A stretch of DNA of 64,000 nt from an uncultured Solirubrobacterales bacterium (lineage in GTDB: Bacteria; Actinomycetota; Thermoleophilia; Solirubrobacterales; Solirubrobacteraceae). The position numbers and the translations under genes are program-made. Below the pieces are notes generated by a model that searched no databases, was not told the origin of the DNA, and was given only the letters and a program-made list of their open reading frames with translations. The stretch lies in contig CAWFSI010000005.1 in the NCBI GenBank assembly GCA_963818545.1, forward strand, positions 2,611-66,610. Reading direction: 5' to 3'. Shown one piece after another: positions 44,285-55,642 of the stretch (within the stretch, counting starts at the first letter, position 1; every line of letters begins with the position of its first letter).

Positions 44285-45551
44285 ATGGGCGCGCGTGCCG
44301 TTCTGGCCTGCGCCGTCCTCGTGGCCACGATCGCGGCGCCGTCGGCCGCCGGTGCGACGAGCGGAGCATCCCGTGCGCTGCGGCGCCAGCGCGCGCATGC
44401 GGCGGTCATCGGCGGTCAGCCCGCGGAACCCGGCACGTTCCCGTGGATGGCGTACGTTCTCGACTTTCGCGGCAACGAGGTGGGCCAGTGCTCCGGGACG
44501 GTCGTCGCGCCGAACCTGGTCCTGACGGCCGGCCATTGCGCCGAGGACATGCAGACCGGTGTCGTCAACGAAGCCTCGGGCTACCGGGTCCTGACCGGCA
44601 ACGTGGACTGGGCGGCTCCCGAAACCGAAAAACAGGTGTCAGATGTCACCAGGGTGATCCCCTGTCCCTGCTTCGACCGTCACACCGCGGTCGGCGATGT
44701 CGCGCTGCTGCAGCTGTCCACTCCCACCACTGCGCCGGCCATCACGCTTGCCTCGACGCCCGCATGGAGGCACGGGGGCGCTGCTGGCCGGATGGGGTAA
44801 GACGTACTCCCAACAGGGCACCCTGGTCGAACGGCTGCAATGGGCGCAGACGGTCGTGCAGCGCCCGGGAATCTGCGAACGCGAAGCCTCCCCGTTCAGC
44901 CCGGCGAGCGAGGTCTGCGCGATCGAGGAGCCCGACCGCCAGACGGGCGCGTGCAACGGGGACAGCGGTGGCCCACTGCTCGTGGCGGAACCGTCGGCGG
45001 CCGGGGGCATGGTGCAGATCGGCGTCGCGAGCCACGTGTACAACGAATGCGCCACCACCAGCCCGTCCGTGTTCACGCGCGTCGACGCGATCTCCGCCTG
45101 GGTGAGAGGATGGGCGCAGGCGCTCGCGAGCGCTCCGCCCGCCTCGGCATCGCTGCCGGCCGGCCTCGTCGCGGCGCCCACCCTGCCCGGCGTCGCCAGC
45201 GGCCGCTCGGTCAGTCTCGGAAGTGGCGCCCTCTCGCTCGTGCTCAGCTGCGACGGCGAGGGAGGGGTCTGCAGCGGCGAAGCCGAGGCGACCGTCACGG
45301 TGCGAGTGGAGCTCATCGCGCGGCACGGCGGCAGCAGGCAGATCGTATCCAGGCGCATCCGCAAGGTGACGCTCGCCAATGTGGACTTCGCGATCGCGCC
45401 CGGCGCGAGCATCTCGGTCAGCTCTCCGCTCTCCCCCCAGAACCGCGCGCTGCTGTCCCGTCTCGGCGGCGGACCGCTCGACGTGACGCTGAGCGGCCGA
45501 GGCGTCACCCACCGCGTCATTACGCTGGAGCCCGCCGGGGTCGGTGCGTGA
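44285..45551 (+). CDS. Secreted trypsin-like (S1) serine protease with extra C-terminal domain (indel near 44760)
   Basis: Signal peptide, VIGG, LTAGHC, GDVALL, GDSGGP. Confidence 0.9.
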
Positions 45552-46401
45552 GTAGAGTCCAGGCGGTGACGTTCGTTCTGCTCACCGGCGCCACGCGCGG
45601 CATCGGCCAGGCCGCGGCGGTCGAGCTGGCCAAGGAAGGCGCCGAGCTGGCGCTTGTCGGCCGCGACGCCGAGCGCGTGCAGGCCGTCGCGCGGGAAGCC
45701 AGGGCGGCCGGTGGCGAGGACGCGCAGGTCCACGAGCACGTCGCCGACCTTGCGCTGATGGCCGACGTGCGCACGCTCGCGGAGGAGGTTCGCGAACGCT
45801 ACGGGCAGATCGACGTGCTCGCGAACAACGCCGGGGCGCTGTTCGCCTCGCGCAATCTGACCACCGAGGGCTTCGAGCAGACATTCGCGCTGGACCATCT
45901 CGCGCCGTTTCTGCTCACCAACCTGCTGCTCGATCGCCTGGCGGGCGGGCGCGTCGTGACCACGGCGTCAGACGCCCACAAAGCAGGCAAGCTGGATCTC
46001 GACGACCTGCAGTCGGAGAAGTCCTACGCGGCGATGCGCGTGTACGGGACGGCGAAGCTCTGCAACATCCTCTTCACGCGCGAGCTGGCCAAGCGCGCGC
46101 CGCAGCTGCACGCGAACTGCTTTCACCCGGGCGTCGTGCGGACTGGCTTCGGCAAGAACGACAACGGGATCTGGAAGGTCCTGACGACGCTCGGCTCGCC
46201 CTTCTTCCGCTCCCCCGAGCGCGGCGCCCGCTCGTTGGTGTGGCTCGCGCTGTCCGATCAGGCGGCGAATTGACCGGCGAGTACGTCCAGGACGAGAAGG
46301 TGCTGCAGCCCAGCGGCCAGGCCCGGGACGAGATCCTCGCCGAGGGTCTCTGGGAGCACAGCGCCCAGCTCGTTGGCCTGCCCGTCGAAGCGCCTGCCTG
46401 A
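45548..46401 (+). CDS. Short-chain dehydrogenase/reductase (indel near 46268)
   Basis: TGATRGIG, NNAG, YGTAK, HPGVV. Confidence 0.9.
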
Positions 46402-46475
46402 GCGCACCTGCGACTCGCCTCCGTTGCGGCGGCGTTTTCACGCTGGCATGGCCTCACCTTCTAGGCTGACTCGGC

Positions 46476-46995
46476 ATGGAGCTAGAGCAGGCGATCCGCA
46501 GCCGGCGTACGCACAAGGCGTTCGGCCCCGACCCGGTCGCGCCGGAGGTGTTGGAAGAGCTATTCGAGCTGGCGCGCTGGGCGCCGAACCACAACTTGAC
46601 AAACCCCTGGCGCTTCCGGGTTCTGGGACCGCGGACGCTTGCGCGGCTGAAGCAGCTCGCCGAGGAGCTCTCGCCCGGCTCTGCAGGGCAAGCTCGATCG
46701 CGCGCCGACGCTCGTCGTCGCGTCGGTCCTTCGCGCGGGCGATGACTCCCAGCAGGCGGACGATCTGCTCGCGACGGCGGTCGCCGCCTATCTGGTGCTG
46801 CTCGCCGCGCACGGCCGCGGTCTAGCCTCCTACTGGCGCAGCGTGCCGCTGCTGGACTCGCCTGCGGGGCGGGAGGCGCTGGCGCTCGACGCGGCCGAGC
46901 GGCCGATCGGGCTGTTGCATCTCGGCCGCCCCCGCCAGGAGCAGCGCGTGCCCGAGCGAGCGCCGGTCGCGGATTTCGCGCGCTACCTGCCGTAG
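46476..46995 (+). CDS. Nitroreductase-family protein (indel near 46685)
   Basis: IRSRRT, ARWAPNHNLTNPWRF, GLASYW. Confidence 0.85.
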
Positions 46996-48119
46996 GTGTG
47001 AAGGACGCGGCGGACTACCCGACGAGCTGTGGCGCCAAGGCGAGGCTCGGCTGTCTCGACTGGCGTCTCGACCTCGATCCGCGACTGCTCCGGCGCGGCC
47101 ACCACGCGGTTGCGGCCCGTACGCTTGGCCTCGTACAGGGCCTCGTCTGCCGCCTTGAACAGCGAGTCGTAGTCGACCTGTGCGCCGCGCGCCGCGCTCA
47201 CGCCGAGGGAGATCGTGATCGGGATGTCGGTTGGCCGTGCCTGCTCGACGGCCTCGCGCAGCCGCTCGGCGACTTCTTGGCCGGCCTGCAGGCCGATGCC
47301 GGGGAGCACGGTCAGGAACTCCTCGCCACCCAGGCGATAGACGAGCTCGAATGAGCGCAACCGCTTGCGCAACTCATAGGCGATGTCGCGCAGGACCGCG
47401 TCCCCACAGTCGTGGCCGTGCTCGTCGTTGATCTGCTTGAAGCCGTCGACATCACAGAGCACGAGGCACACGGGCTGGCCGGTGAGCCGCGCCTGATGGG
47501 AGATCTCGAGGAAGCGGGGGACGAGCGCATGACGGTTGAGCAGTCCCGTCAGGGGATCGAGGATCGCCTCGTCGCGATGGTGCAGCTCGGCTGCTTGCAG
47601 GGCCCAGACGATCGAGACGACCCCCGCCAGCAGCGCGAGGGCGGCGATCAGCGGCACGGGATCCTCGAGCGCCCACTCAGGGTGCACGCCGATCGAGGCC
47701 ACGAGCGTGATGACGATCGTCAAAACGAGCGCCGCGATCACGACCCGGGGACGAAAGCGCGCCGCGACCATCCCGGCGGGCAGCACCATCCAGGACAGCA
47801 CCGGACTGCGCGGGCCTCCGCTGAGCGCGATCCCCGTGCCGATTATCAGCATCGTGATCACGATTGCGGTGGCGCTCACACGCTCGGGATGGGGGCTCTT
47901 GCCAATCAGCCGGTCGACGACCGCGAAATTGAGCGCTGAGGCTGCGAACAGGATCAGCGTCCACCAGCCGATCCACGGTGCGGAGATCACGAGCGCGATA
48001 CCGACCGCCAGCGAGCCGACGCGGCGGATCGTGCGCACGCGGTCGTTGGCGTCCACGACGCGACTGCGGTCGAGCTCCGTCGGGCATAGCCATGAAGCCC
48101 CGGACATAGGTATGTTCAT
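46983..48119 (-). CDS. Membrane-bound diguanylate cyclase (start 48107 or 48119)
   Basis: About 6 TM, DPLTGLLNR, DVDGFKQIND, RLGGEEF. Confidence 0.9.
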   Translation of the reverse strand: MNIPMSGASWLCPTELDRSRVVDANDRVRTIRRVGSLAVGIALVISAPWIGWWTLILFAASALNFAVVDRLIGKSPHPERVSATAIVITMLIIGTGIALSGGPRSPVLSWMVLPAGMVAARFRPRVVIAALVLTIVITLVASIGVHPEWALEDPVPLIAALALLAGVVSIVWALQAAELHHRDEAILDPLTGLLNRHALVPRFLEISHQARLTGQPVCLVLCDVDGFKQINDEHGHDCGDAVLRDIAYELRKRLRSFELVYRLGGEEFLTVLPGIGLQAGQEVAERLREAVEQARPTDIPITISLGVSAARGAQVDYDSLFKAADEALYEAKRTGRNRVVAAPEQSRIEVETPVETAEPRLGATARRVVRRVLHTYGR

Positions 48120-48149
48120 CGGAAGTAGGTTTGTGCCGATATAGCTCAG

Positions 48150-50194
48150 GTGTTCAATATGGACGACTTGACGGTGCCCGCCGCACCTGGGTTCGGGCTT
48201 CGGCTGCGCCGCGCGCTGCACCCGCGACGCCTCGCGCACGCGCGTTTTCGCGCACGAGAGAACGACTCGGCCTTTGCCTTCGGCGCCCGCCTGTTCGCGG
48301 CGGTCGCGCTCACCTTTGCGCTGATCGGCGTGGTCGGCTACGTGCTCATCGACCGCAATCTCGAGCACCGGCAGATCCAGAACTACGCCGCCGCTCAGCG
48401 GGCGGACGCCCAGGGCTTCGAAGACGTCGCCGCCCATGCGGATTCACCGGCGGAGGCGATCGCCCAGGTCGATCGGCTGCTCGACGCGATCGCCCGGCGT
48501 CCCGGCACGCTGGAGGCGGTCCTGATCGACCAGCGGCACGTGATCGCGGCGGCGGGCGAGGATCGCGTGATCGGGACTGAAGACGTCGACCCCCGGATCG
48601 ACGCCGCGCTGGAGCATGGGAGGGCATACGCCGGCCGCGAGGGCGACCGAACGGAGGACCGCGAGAACTTCGAGTTCGTCGTGCCCGTCAACCTGCCGGG
48701 CGGCCGCTACGCCTACGAGGTCACATACGACCACCGCACCTACGACGCACAGCTGCACGACATGCGCATGGTGCTCTTGCTGGTCGGCCTGCTCGCGCTG
48801 TTCGGTGGCGGCGCCGTCTTCTACGTGGTCGGTGGGCGCGCGTTGATGCGCGACCATCGCCGCGCTTTGCAGCGCGCCACGCGCGATGGGCTGACCGACC
48901 TGCCCAACCAGCGCGCCTTCCAGGACGAGCTCCCCCAGGCGGTCGCCTCCGCGGCGCGCTACCAGGACCCTCTGGCGTTGGTCGTGCTCGACGTCGACGA
49001 CTTCAAGTTCATCAACGACCATCACGGCCATCCGCACGGCGATTCGGTGCTGAGGCGTGTGGCCGAGGTGTTGCGCGAGGCCAGGCCCGGAGACCGCCCC
49101 TACCGGATCGGGGGCGACGAGTTCGCGTTGCTCTTGGCGCACACGGACTCTGACGGCGCTCGCACGCTCGCACGCCGGCTGAGTCGCAGCTTCACCGAGG
49201 CCGGCGTCGAGGTCAGCGTCGGCGTGAGCGCGCTGCGCTCCGGGGGACTGGAATCGCCTGCGGAGGCCGGGAATTGGCCGCGGCGGGCCGGGCCGACACG
49301 CTGCGCGCCGAGGCCGACGCCGCGCTGTACGAGGCCAAGCGCCAGGGCGGCCACCGCAGCGCGCACTTCGACGACATTCGCGAGCGCGTGGTCGTGACCA
49401 GCACCGCGAAGAAGGAAGCCGTTCGCGCGTTGATCGATGAGGGAGGCTTGACGACCGTATTCCAGCCGATCTGGGACTTCGCGGCGGAGACCCTGCTGGG
49501 GGTGGAGGCGCTGATGCGTCCCGACCCCGCCTACGGACTGTCCGGGTCGGCGGAGGCGTTCGACGTCGCCGAGCAGCTCGGGCGCGTCCACCAGCTCGAC
49601 ATGCTGTGCGTCGAGAACGCGCTGCGCTCGGTGGGCGAGCTCGCCGATGGCGTACTGCTGTTCATCAACCTCTCCCCGCACACGCTCGACCTCGACGCGG
49701 CTCATAACGACTGGGTGCGCTTGGCGGTGCAGGGGGCTGGGCTGTCGCCGTCGCAGGTCGTGATCGAGGTAACCGAGCGCTTCGGCGGGCGCACCGCGGC
49801 GGTCATCAAGTGCCTGCAGCGGCTACGCAAGCATGGGTTCAAGATCGCGCTCGACAACGTCGGCACGGGCAACTCGGGCCTGGAGATGCTGCGCAAGGTC
49901 GAGGCCGAGTTCGTGAAGCTCGACCCCTCGATCGTGATCGCCGCCCCGACCGATCCGAGCGCCCGTGCGGTACTCCTCGCGATGGCGACGTTCGCGCGCC
50001 AGACCGGCTCGTTCGTGATCGCCGAGGGCGTCGAAGACGAGGAGACGCTGAGGTTCCTGCGCTCGATCGACGTGCAAGACCTCTACGTCGACACGATCAT
50101 CCAGGGTGGCCAGGGCGGCGAACTCGGCTCGCCTTCGTCGGTCATGCCGTCAGGTGTCCTCACCCCGCTGCGCGGCTCCCGCGCAACTGTTTGA
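48150..50194 (+). CDS. Membrane GGDEF-EAL protein (indel near 49285)
   Basis: Two TM flanking a sensor region, [34 protein letters not shown]. Confidence 0.88.
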
Positions 50195-50240
50195 CCCCCC
50201 CATCCGGGCCTGCCGCCTCACACCGCTAGCCTGTCGGGCC

Positions 50241-52079
50241 GTGCTCGTACCCAGAGATGACATCAGGAACGTCGCGATCGTCGCGCACGTCGACCATGGC
50301 AAGACGACTCTGGTCGACGCGATGCTGTGGCAGTCGGGCGCGTTCAGGGTCGGCCAGGACGTGGCCACACGGGTGCTCGACTCGATGGACCTGGAGCGCG
50401 AGAAGGGGATCACGATCCTCGCGAAGAACACGTCGCTGCGCTACAGGGACGTCAAGCTGAACATCATCGACACGCCCGGGCACGCGGACTTCGGCGGCGA
50501 GGTCGAGCGCGGGTTGACGATGGTCGACGGGGTGCTGCTGCTGGTGGACGCGTCCGAGGGGCCGCTGCCGCAGACCCGCTTCGTGCTGCGCAAGGCGCTG
50601 GAGGCGAAGCTGCCGGTGATCCTCGTGATCAACAAGGTCGACCGGCCGGACGCGCGCGTGGCGGAGGTCGTCGACGAGGTATATGAGCTGTTCCTCGACC
50701 TCGACGCCGACGAGCAGCAGATCGACTTCCCGATCGTGTACTGCAACGCAAAGGCCGGTGTGGCGTCGCTGAAGTACGACCCTGTGCATGCGATCGAGGA
50801 GCGCGACCTGAGCCCGCTGCTGGACCTGTTGCTGGAGCGGATTCCAGCGCCGCTATACGACCCCGAGCACCCGCTGCAGGCGCTCGTGACGAACCTCGAC
50901 GCCTCGCCTTACGTCGGCCGCCTGGCGCTGTGTCGCGTCAGGCACGGAAACATCAAAAAGGGTCAGCAGATCGCGTGGTGCCGCGCCGACGGGACGATCC
51001 AGAAAGCGCAGGTTGCGGAGCTGTACGTGACCGACGCGCTCGACCGCGTCGACGCCGAGGAAGCGGGGCCGGGCGAGATCATCGCCGTGGCCGGGATCGC
51101 CGAGGTGACGATCGGCGAGACGCTGGCCGATCCGGACGACCCACGGCCGCTGCCGGTGATCACGGTCGACGAACCGGCGATGTCGATCACGATCGGCGCG
51201 AACACCTCGCCGCTGGCGGGGAAAGATGGGAGCAAGCTGACGGCCAGGCAGATCGAGGCGCGCTTGCAGCAGGAGCTCGTCGGCAACGTCTCCCTGCGCG
51301 TCAACGAGACCGCCCGTCCGGACACGTACGAGGTGCAGGGCCGCGGCGAGTTGCAGCTGGCGGTGCTCGTGGAGATCATGCGCAGGGAGGGCTTCGAGAT
51401 GACGGTCGGCCAGCCACACGTGGTCGAGCATCAGATCGACGGCAAGCGCCACGAGCCCGTCGAGCGCCTGTCGGTCGACGTGCCCGAGGAGCACGTCGGC
51501 ACGGTCACGCAGCTGCTGGCCGCGAGGAAAGGGCGGATGGAGCACATGATCAACCACGGCACGGGCTGGGTGCGACTGGAGTACCTGGTGCCCGCGCGGG
51601 GGTTGATCGGCTTTAGCACGGAGTTTTTGACGGAGACGCGCGGGACGGGAATCATGCACCACGTGTTCGACCGCTGGGAGCCGTGGGCGGGCGAGCTGTT
51701 GACGCGCCAAAGCGGCGTGCTCGTGGCCGACCGCCGCGGCGAGACGGTGACCTTCTCGCTGTTCACCCTGCAGGAGCGGGGCTCGCTGTTCGTCGGTCCG
51801 GGGGAGGAGGTCTACGAGGGGATGATCATCGGCGAGAACGCGCGCTCGGAGGACCTCGACGTGAACCCGGTGAAGGAGAAGCACCTGACGAACATGCGCT
51901 CCTCGACCTCCGACGTGCTGGTGCGCTTGGACGCGCACCGCAAACTGACGCTCGACGAGGCGCTGGAGTTCGTGCGCGAGGACGAGTGCGTGGAGGTCAC
52001 GCCGGAGAACGTGCGGATGCGCAAGGTCGAGCTGGGGAAGACCGAGCGCGTGAAGACGGCGCGCCAGGCGCGCAAGTGA
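50241..52079 (+). CDS. typA: Translational GTPase TypA/BipA
   Basis: [41 protein letters not shown]. Confidence 0.96.
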   Translation: MLVPRDDIRNVAIVAHVDHGKTTLVDAMLWQSGAFRVGQDVATRVLDSMDLEREKGITILAKNTSLRYRDVKLNIIDTPGHADFGGEVERGLTMVDGVLLLVDASEGPLPQTRFVLRKALEAKLPVILVINKVDRPDARVAEVVDEVYELFLDLDADEQQIDFPIVYCNAKAGVASLKYDPVHAIEERDLSPLLDLLLERIPAPLYDPEHPLQALVTNLDASPYVGRLALCRVRHGNIKKGQQIAWCRADGTIQKAQVAELYVTDALDRVDAEEAGPGEIIAVAGIAEVTIGETLADPDDPRPLPVITVDEPAMSITIGANTSPLAGKDGSKLTARQIEARLQQELVGNVSLRVNETARPDTYEVQGRGELQLAVLVEIMRREGFEMTVGQPHVVEHQIDGKRHEPVERLSVDVPEEHVGTVTQLLAARKGRMEHMINHGTGWVRLEYLVPARGLIGFSTEFLTETRGTGIMHHVFDRWEPWAGELLTRQSGVLVADRRGETVTFSLFTLQERGSLFVGPGEEVYEGMIIGENARSEDLDVNPVKEKHLTNMRSSTSDVLVRLDAHRKLTLDEALEFVREDECVEVTPENVRMRKVELGKTERVKTARQARK

Positions 52080-52116
52080 GGCGCATGTTTCGGGTGAGGT
52101 CGATAGGCTCTCGCGC

Positions 52117-52599
52117 GTGAGCAGTGCAATGAAAACGGGCCGGGTCGCCCTGCTGGCCGCGGTGCTGACGATGGCCCTGAGCGCCGTCACCGCGAGCGCC
52201 GCGACCGTGATCCACTTTCAGCCCGAGAGCACGTCCGCGCTGACGGTGCAGCTGCACCATCACGAAGTCCACGCGCTGACCTTCCACCCGACGCCCGCGC
52301 CGGGGCACGTGCACGTTTCGCTGAACGACGGGCGGCACTTCACCGTCGTCTACGCCGCCGGCGAAGAAGCGCAGTTCGTCGCGCTGGCGCGCGCGGACGG
52401 CACGCCGGTGGCGGTCGCGGTGGCCAAGCCGAAAGCCGCCGCGAAACCGGCGCACCACACCCTGCGCTACGTCGCGGGCGGGATCCTGGTGCTCGTGATC
52501 GTCGTGGTCGCGGCCGTGCTGCTCGTGGATCGCCGTAGGAAGCTCAGCGAAGAGGGCGGCGACACGCCCCCTCCGACGCAGAGCCAGCCTTCGCAGTAG
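52117..52599 (+). CDS. Exported His-rich protein with C-terminal membrane anchor
   Basis: Signal peptide ending ASA-A, LHHHEVH/GHVH, C-terminal TM followed by RRRK. Confidence 0.75.
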   Translation: MSSAMKTGRVALLAAVLTMALSAVTASAATVIHFQPESTSALTVQLHHHEVHALTFHPTPAPGHVHVSLNDGRHFTVVYAAGEEAQFVALARADGTPVAVAVAKPKAAAKPAHHTLRYVAGGILVLVIVVVAAVLLVDRRRKLSEEGGDTPPPTQSQPSQ

Positions 52600-52677
52600 C
52601 CCTCTCCGGGCCTTCGCTCCCGACCTTTGACCACCTGAGGGTCGGGACGAGACGTCGCCGTCTCCATCAGGCCAAGA

Positions 52678-52694
52678 ATAAGACTCAGTCTTAT
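52678..52694. promoter_or_regulatory. Putative Fur/Zur-family operator
   Basis: Perfect 8-1-8 palindrome ATAAGACT-C-AGTCTTAT overlapping TATGAT, upstream of the metal ABC operon. Confidence 0.7.
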
Positions 52695-52760
52695 GATACT
52701 TTGCCGTGCGTGATGGGTCAACGAAGTCGGTGAGGAGCTCCCGCTCAACAGGGAAGGTGC

Positions 52761-53687
52761 TTGCGTACAGGCGTCCACGTACCGCGTTGGTTGCTCCTCG
52801 TGCTGGGGGCCGCGTGCATGGCCGGTTGCGACAAGAGCGATCCGGCCGGCAGCACCGGCGACCGGCGGCCGGCTGCGGGTCGTCGCGGCGGAGAACTTCT
52901 GGGGCAGCATCGCCGCGCAGCTCGGCGGCGATCGGGTGCGACGTGAGCAGCATCATCGTCAACCCGAGCACCGACCCGCACAGCTACGAACCGTCCGCCA
53001 GGACGCGCGCACGATCGCGGGGGCGAAGCTGGCGATCGTGAACGGGATCGGCTACGACAACTGGGCGCCGAAGCTGCTGGCCGCGAGTCCGCTGGCGGGG
53101 CGGAAGGTGCTGAACGTCGGGCAGTTGCTCGGATTGAAGGAAGGGGACAACCCGCACCAGTGGTACTCGCCGGCGAGCGTGCAGCGGGTGATCGCGCAGA
53201 TCGTCGCCGACTACGACCGGCTCGATCCGGCCGGCGCCGCCTACTACGCCGCAGCGCGAGCGCACGTTCGAGACGGTGGATCTCGCGTCCTACGACCAGC
53301 TGCGCAAGGAGATCAGGGCGAGGTACGCGGGCACCCCGGTGGGCTACAGCGAGAGCATCTTCCGGCCGCTCGGCGAAGATCTCGGCCTGAGGCTGCTGAC
53401 CCCATACAGCTTCGCGAAGGCGGTCGCCGAGGGGACCGACGTGACCGCGCGAAGACAAGCGGACCGTCGACCGCCAGGCGGAAGACCGGCAGATAAAGGT
53501 GTGGGTGTTCAACAGCCAGAACGTGACGCCGGACGTGCAGCGCGTGAACGAACTCGCGAAAGCCGCGGGCATCCCGATCGCGACGGTCACCGAGACGCTC
53601 GACCCGGCGGGCGACACGTTCGAGCAGTGGCAGGTGGCGGAGCTGGAAGGGCTGCTGCGGGCGCTGCAAGAGGCGACGGGTCGGTAG
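52761..53687 (+). CDS. Metal (Zn/Mn) ABC transporter substrate-binding lipoprotein (several indels)
   Basis: Lipobox MAGC, VVAAENFWGSI, DPHSYEP, NPHQWY. Confidence 0.88.
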
Positions 53688-53751
53688 CCGTGACTACCAC
53701 CCCTTCATCCCCCGCGACCCCGTCTCCCTCGCGACCCCTCTCTGTCCGGCG

Positions 53752-54660
53752 GTGAAGCTGAGCGGCGCGGCGGTCCGGCTGGGCGGGAGGACGATCTGGA
53801 GCGGGGTGGACGTCGCCGTGCAGGACGGCGAGTTCGTGGCGGTGCTGGGAGCGAACGGATCGGGCAAGTCGACGCTGCTGAAGACGGTGCTCGGCGCGCT
53901 GCCGCTGGCGGCGGGCGAGGTGAGCGTGCTGGGGGGGCCGGCGGGGCGCGAGAACGCGGGGATCGGGTATCTGCCGCAGCGGCGCTCGTTCGACTCCGGC
54001 ACGCGGCTGCGCGGCTCAGACGTGGTGCGGCTGGGTCTGGACGGCGACCGCTGGGGACTGCCGCTGCCGTTCTCCTCGCGCGGGGCCCGACTCGCGCCGG
54101 GGACGGGCCAGGCGAGCGGATCGAGGAGGTGATCGAGCTGGTCGGCGCGCGCGAGTACGCGGACCGCCCGATCGGGGAGCTCTCGGGCGGCGAGCAGCAA
54201 CGGCTGTTGATCGCCCAGGCGCTCGTGCGCCGCCCGAAGCTGCTGCTGCTGGACGAGCCGCTCGACAGCCTCGACCTGCCCAACCAGGCGGTCGTGGCTG
54301 CGCTCGTGCACGAGATCTGCAAAGGCGAGGGCGTGGCCGTGCTGCTGGTCGCCCACGACGTGAACCCGCTGCTGCCCTACCTGGACAGGGTCGTATACCT
54401 CGCGGGCGGGCACGCGGTCGCCGGGCCGGTCGAGCAGGTGATCACGGGCGAGACGCTGACGGGGCTGTACGGGCTGCCCGTGGAGGTGCTGAAAGCGAGC
54501 GACGGGCGGCTGGTCGTCGTGGGGCAGCCCGAGGCGCCGGCGCATCACCACGACCGTCATTCCCACGATCACGGCGGGCATGGAGATCATGGCCATGACG
54601 GCACGCTCGAAGGCGGCGCACTGGAGCCGATCAGGGACGACGTGGAACCATGTCGCTGCG
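53752..54660 (+). CDS. Metal ABC transporter ATPase with His-rich tail (end uncertain)
   Basis: GANGSGKST, LSGGEQQR, LLLDEP, HHHDRHSHDHGGHGDHGH. Confidence 0.9.
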
Positions 54661-55568
54661 ATTGTCACCCGCACCTGACCTGGAACCTCGTGCACGACCT
54701 GAGCGAGGTGCTCGAATACCACTTCATGGTCAACGCGCTGCTCGCGGGCAGCGTGGTCGCGGTGATGGCGGGGCTGCTGGGCTGGCTGATGGTTCTGCGC
54801 AGGGAGACGTTCGCCGGGCACACGCTGTCGATGATGGCCTTCCCCGGCGCGGCCGGCGCGGCGCTGATCGGCGTGCCGGCGACGTGGGGCTATTTCGTGT
54901 TCTGCGTCGCGGGGGGGCTGGCGATCGGCCGCTTCTCCGGCGGGCGGGAGACGGTCGTGGAGCGAGCAGTCGGCGGTGATCGGCTGCCGTTCAGGCGCTC
55001 GCGCTCGGGCTGGGCTTTCTGTTCGTGAGCCTGTACGGAGGCGTGCTCGGCGACCTCGACAACCTGCTGTTCGGCACGTTCTTGGGCATCTCCGACGGGC
55101 AGGTGCTCGTCCTGCTGGCGGTCGCGGTCGTCGCGGTGGCGGCGCTCGCGGCGTTGGGTCGCCCGTTGCTGTTCGCCTCGGTCGACGCGGACGTGGCGAG
55201 CGCGAGGGGCGTGCCGGTGCGGGCGCTGGGGATCGCGTTCCTGGTGCTGCTGGGTCTGGCGGTGGCGGCGACGAGCCAGATCACGGGGGTGCTGCTCGTG
55301 TTCGCGCTGCTCGCTGATGCCGGCGGCGAGCGCCCAGGCGATGACCGCCCGGCCGGGGCTGAGCCTCGCGCTGACGGTCGCGATCGGCCTGGTGGTCGTG
55401 TGGCTGGGGCTGGGGATCGCCTACTTCTCGGTGTATCCGGCGGGGTTCTTCGTGACGAGCATCTCGTTCGCGATCTACGTGGGCGTCCAGGTCGGGGCGT
55501 GGGCGCGGAGCACAGCGCGGAGGGAGCTCCAGACGTCCGAGCCACCGGCCGAGGGCGTGATCGCCTGA
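54650..55568 (+). CDS. Metal ABC transporter permease 1, ZnuB-like (indels)
   Basis: FMVNALLAG, FAGHTLS..FPGAA, LLFG. Confidence 0.85.
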
Positions 55569-55642
55569 TGCGCTGCGTTCGCGTCCACCACGCGCGCGAC
55601 GGCAGCGCGCCCGCCGCGGCGTCCGAGCGGGGGGAACGCCTG

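Noticed and set aside
42710-50200. Genomic island integrated at tRNA-Pro
   Set aside because: No integrase, no duplicated tRNA 3' end found by eye, and no clear compositional shift.
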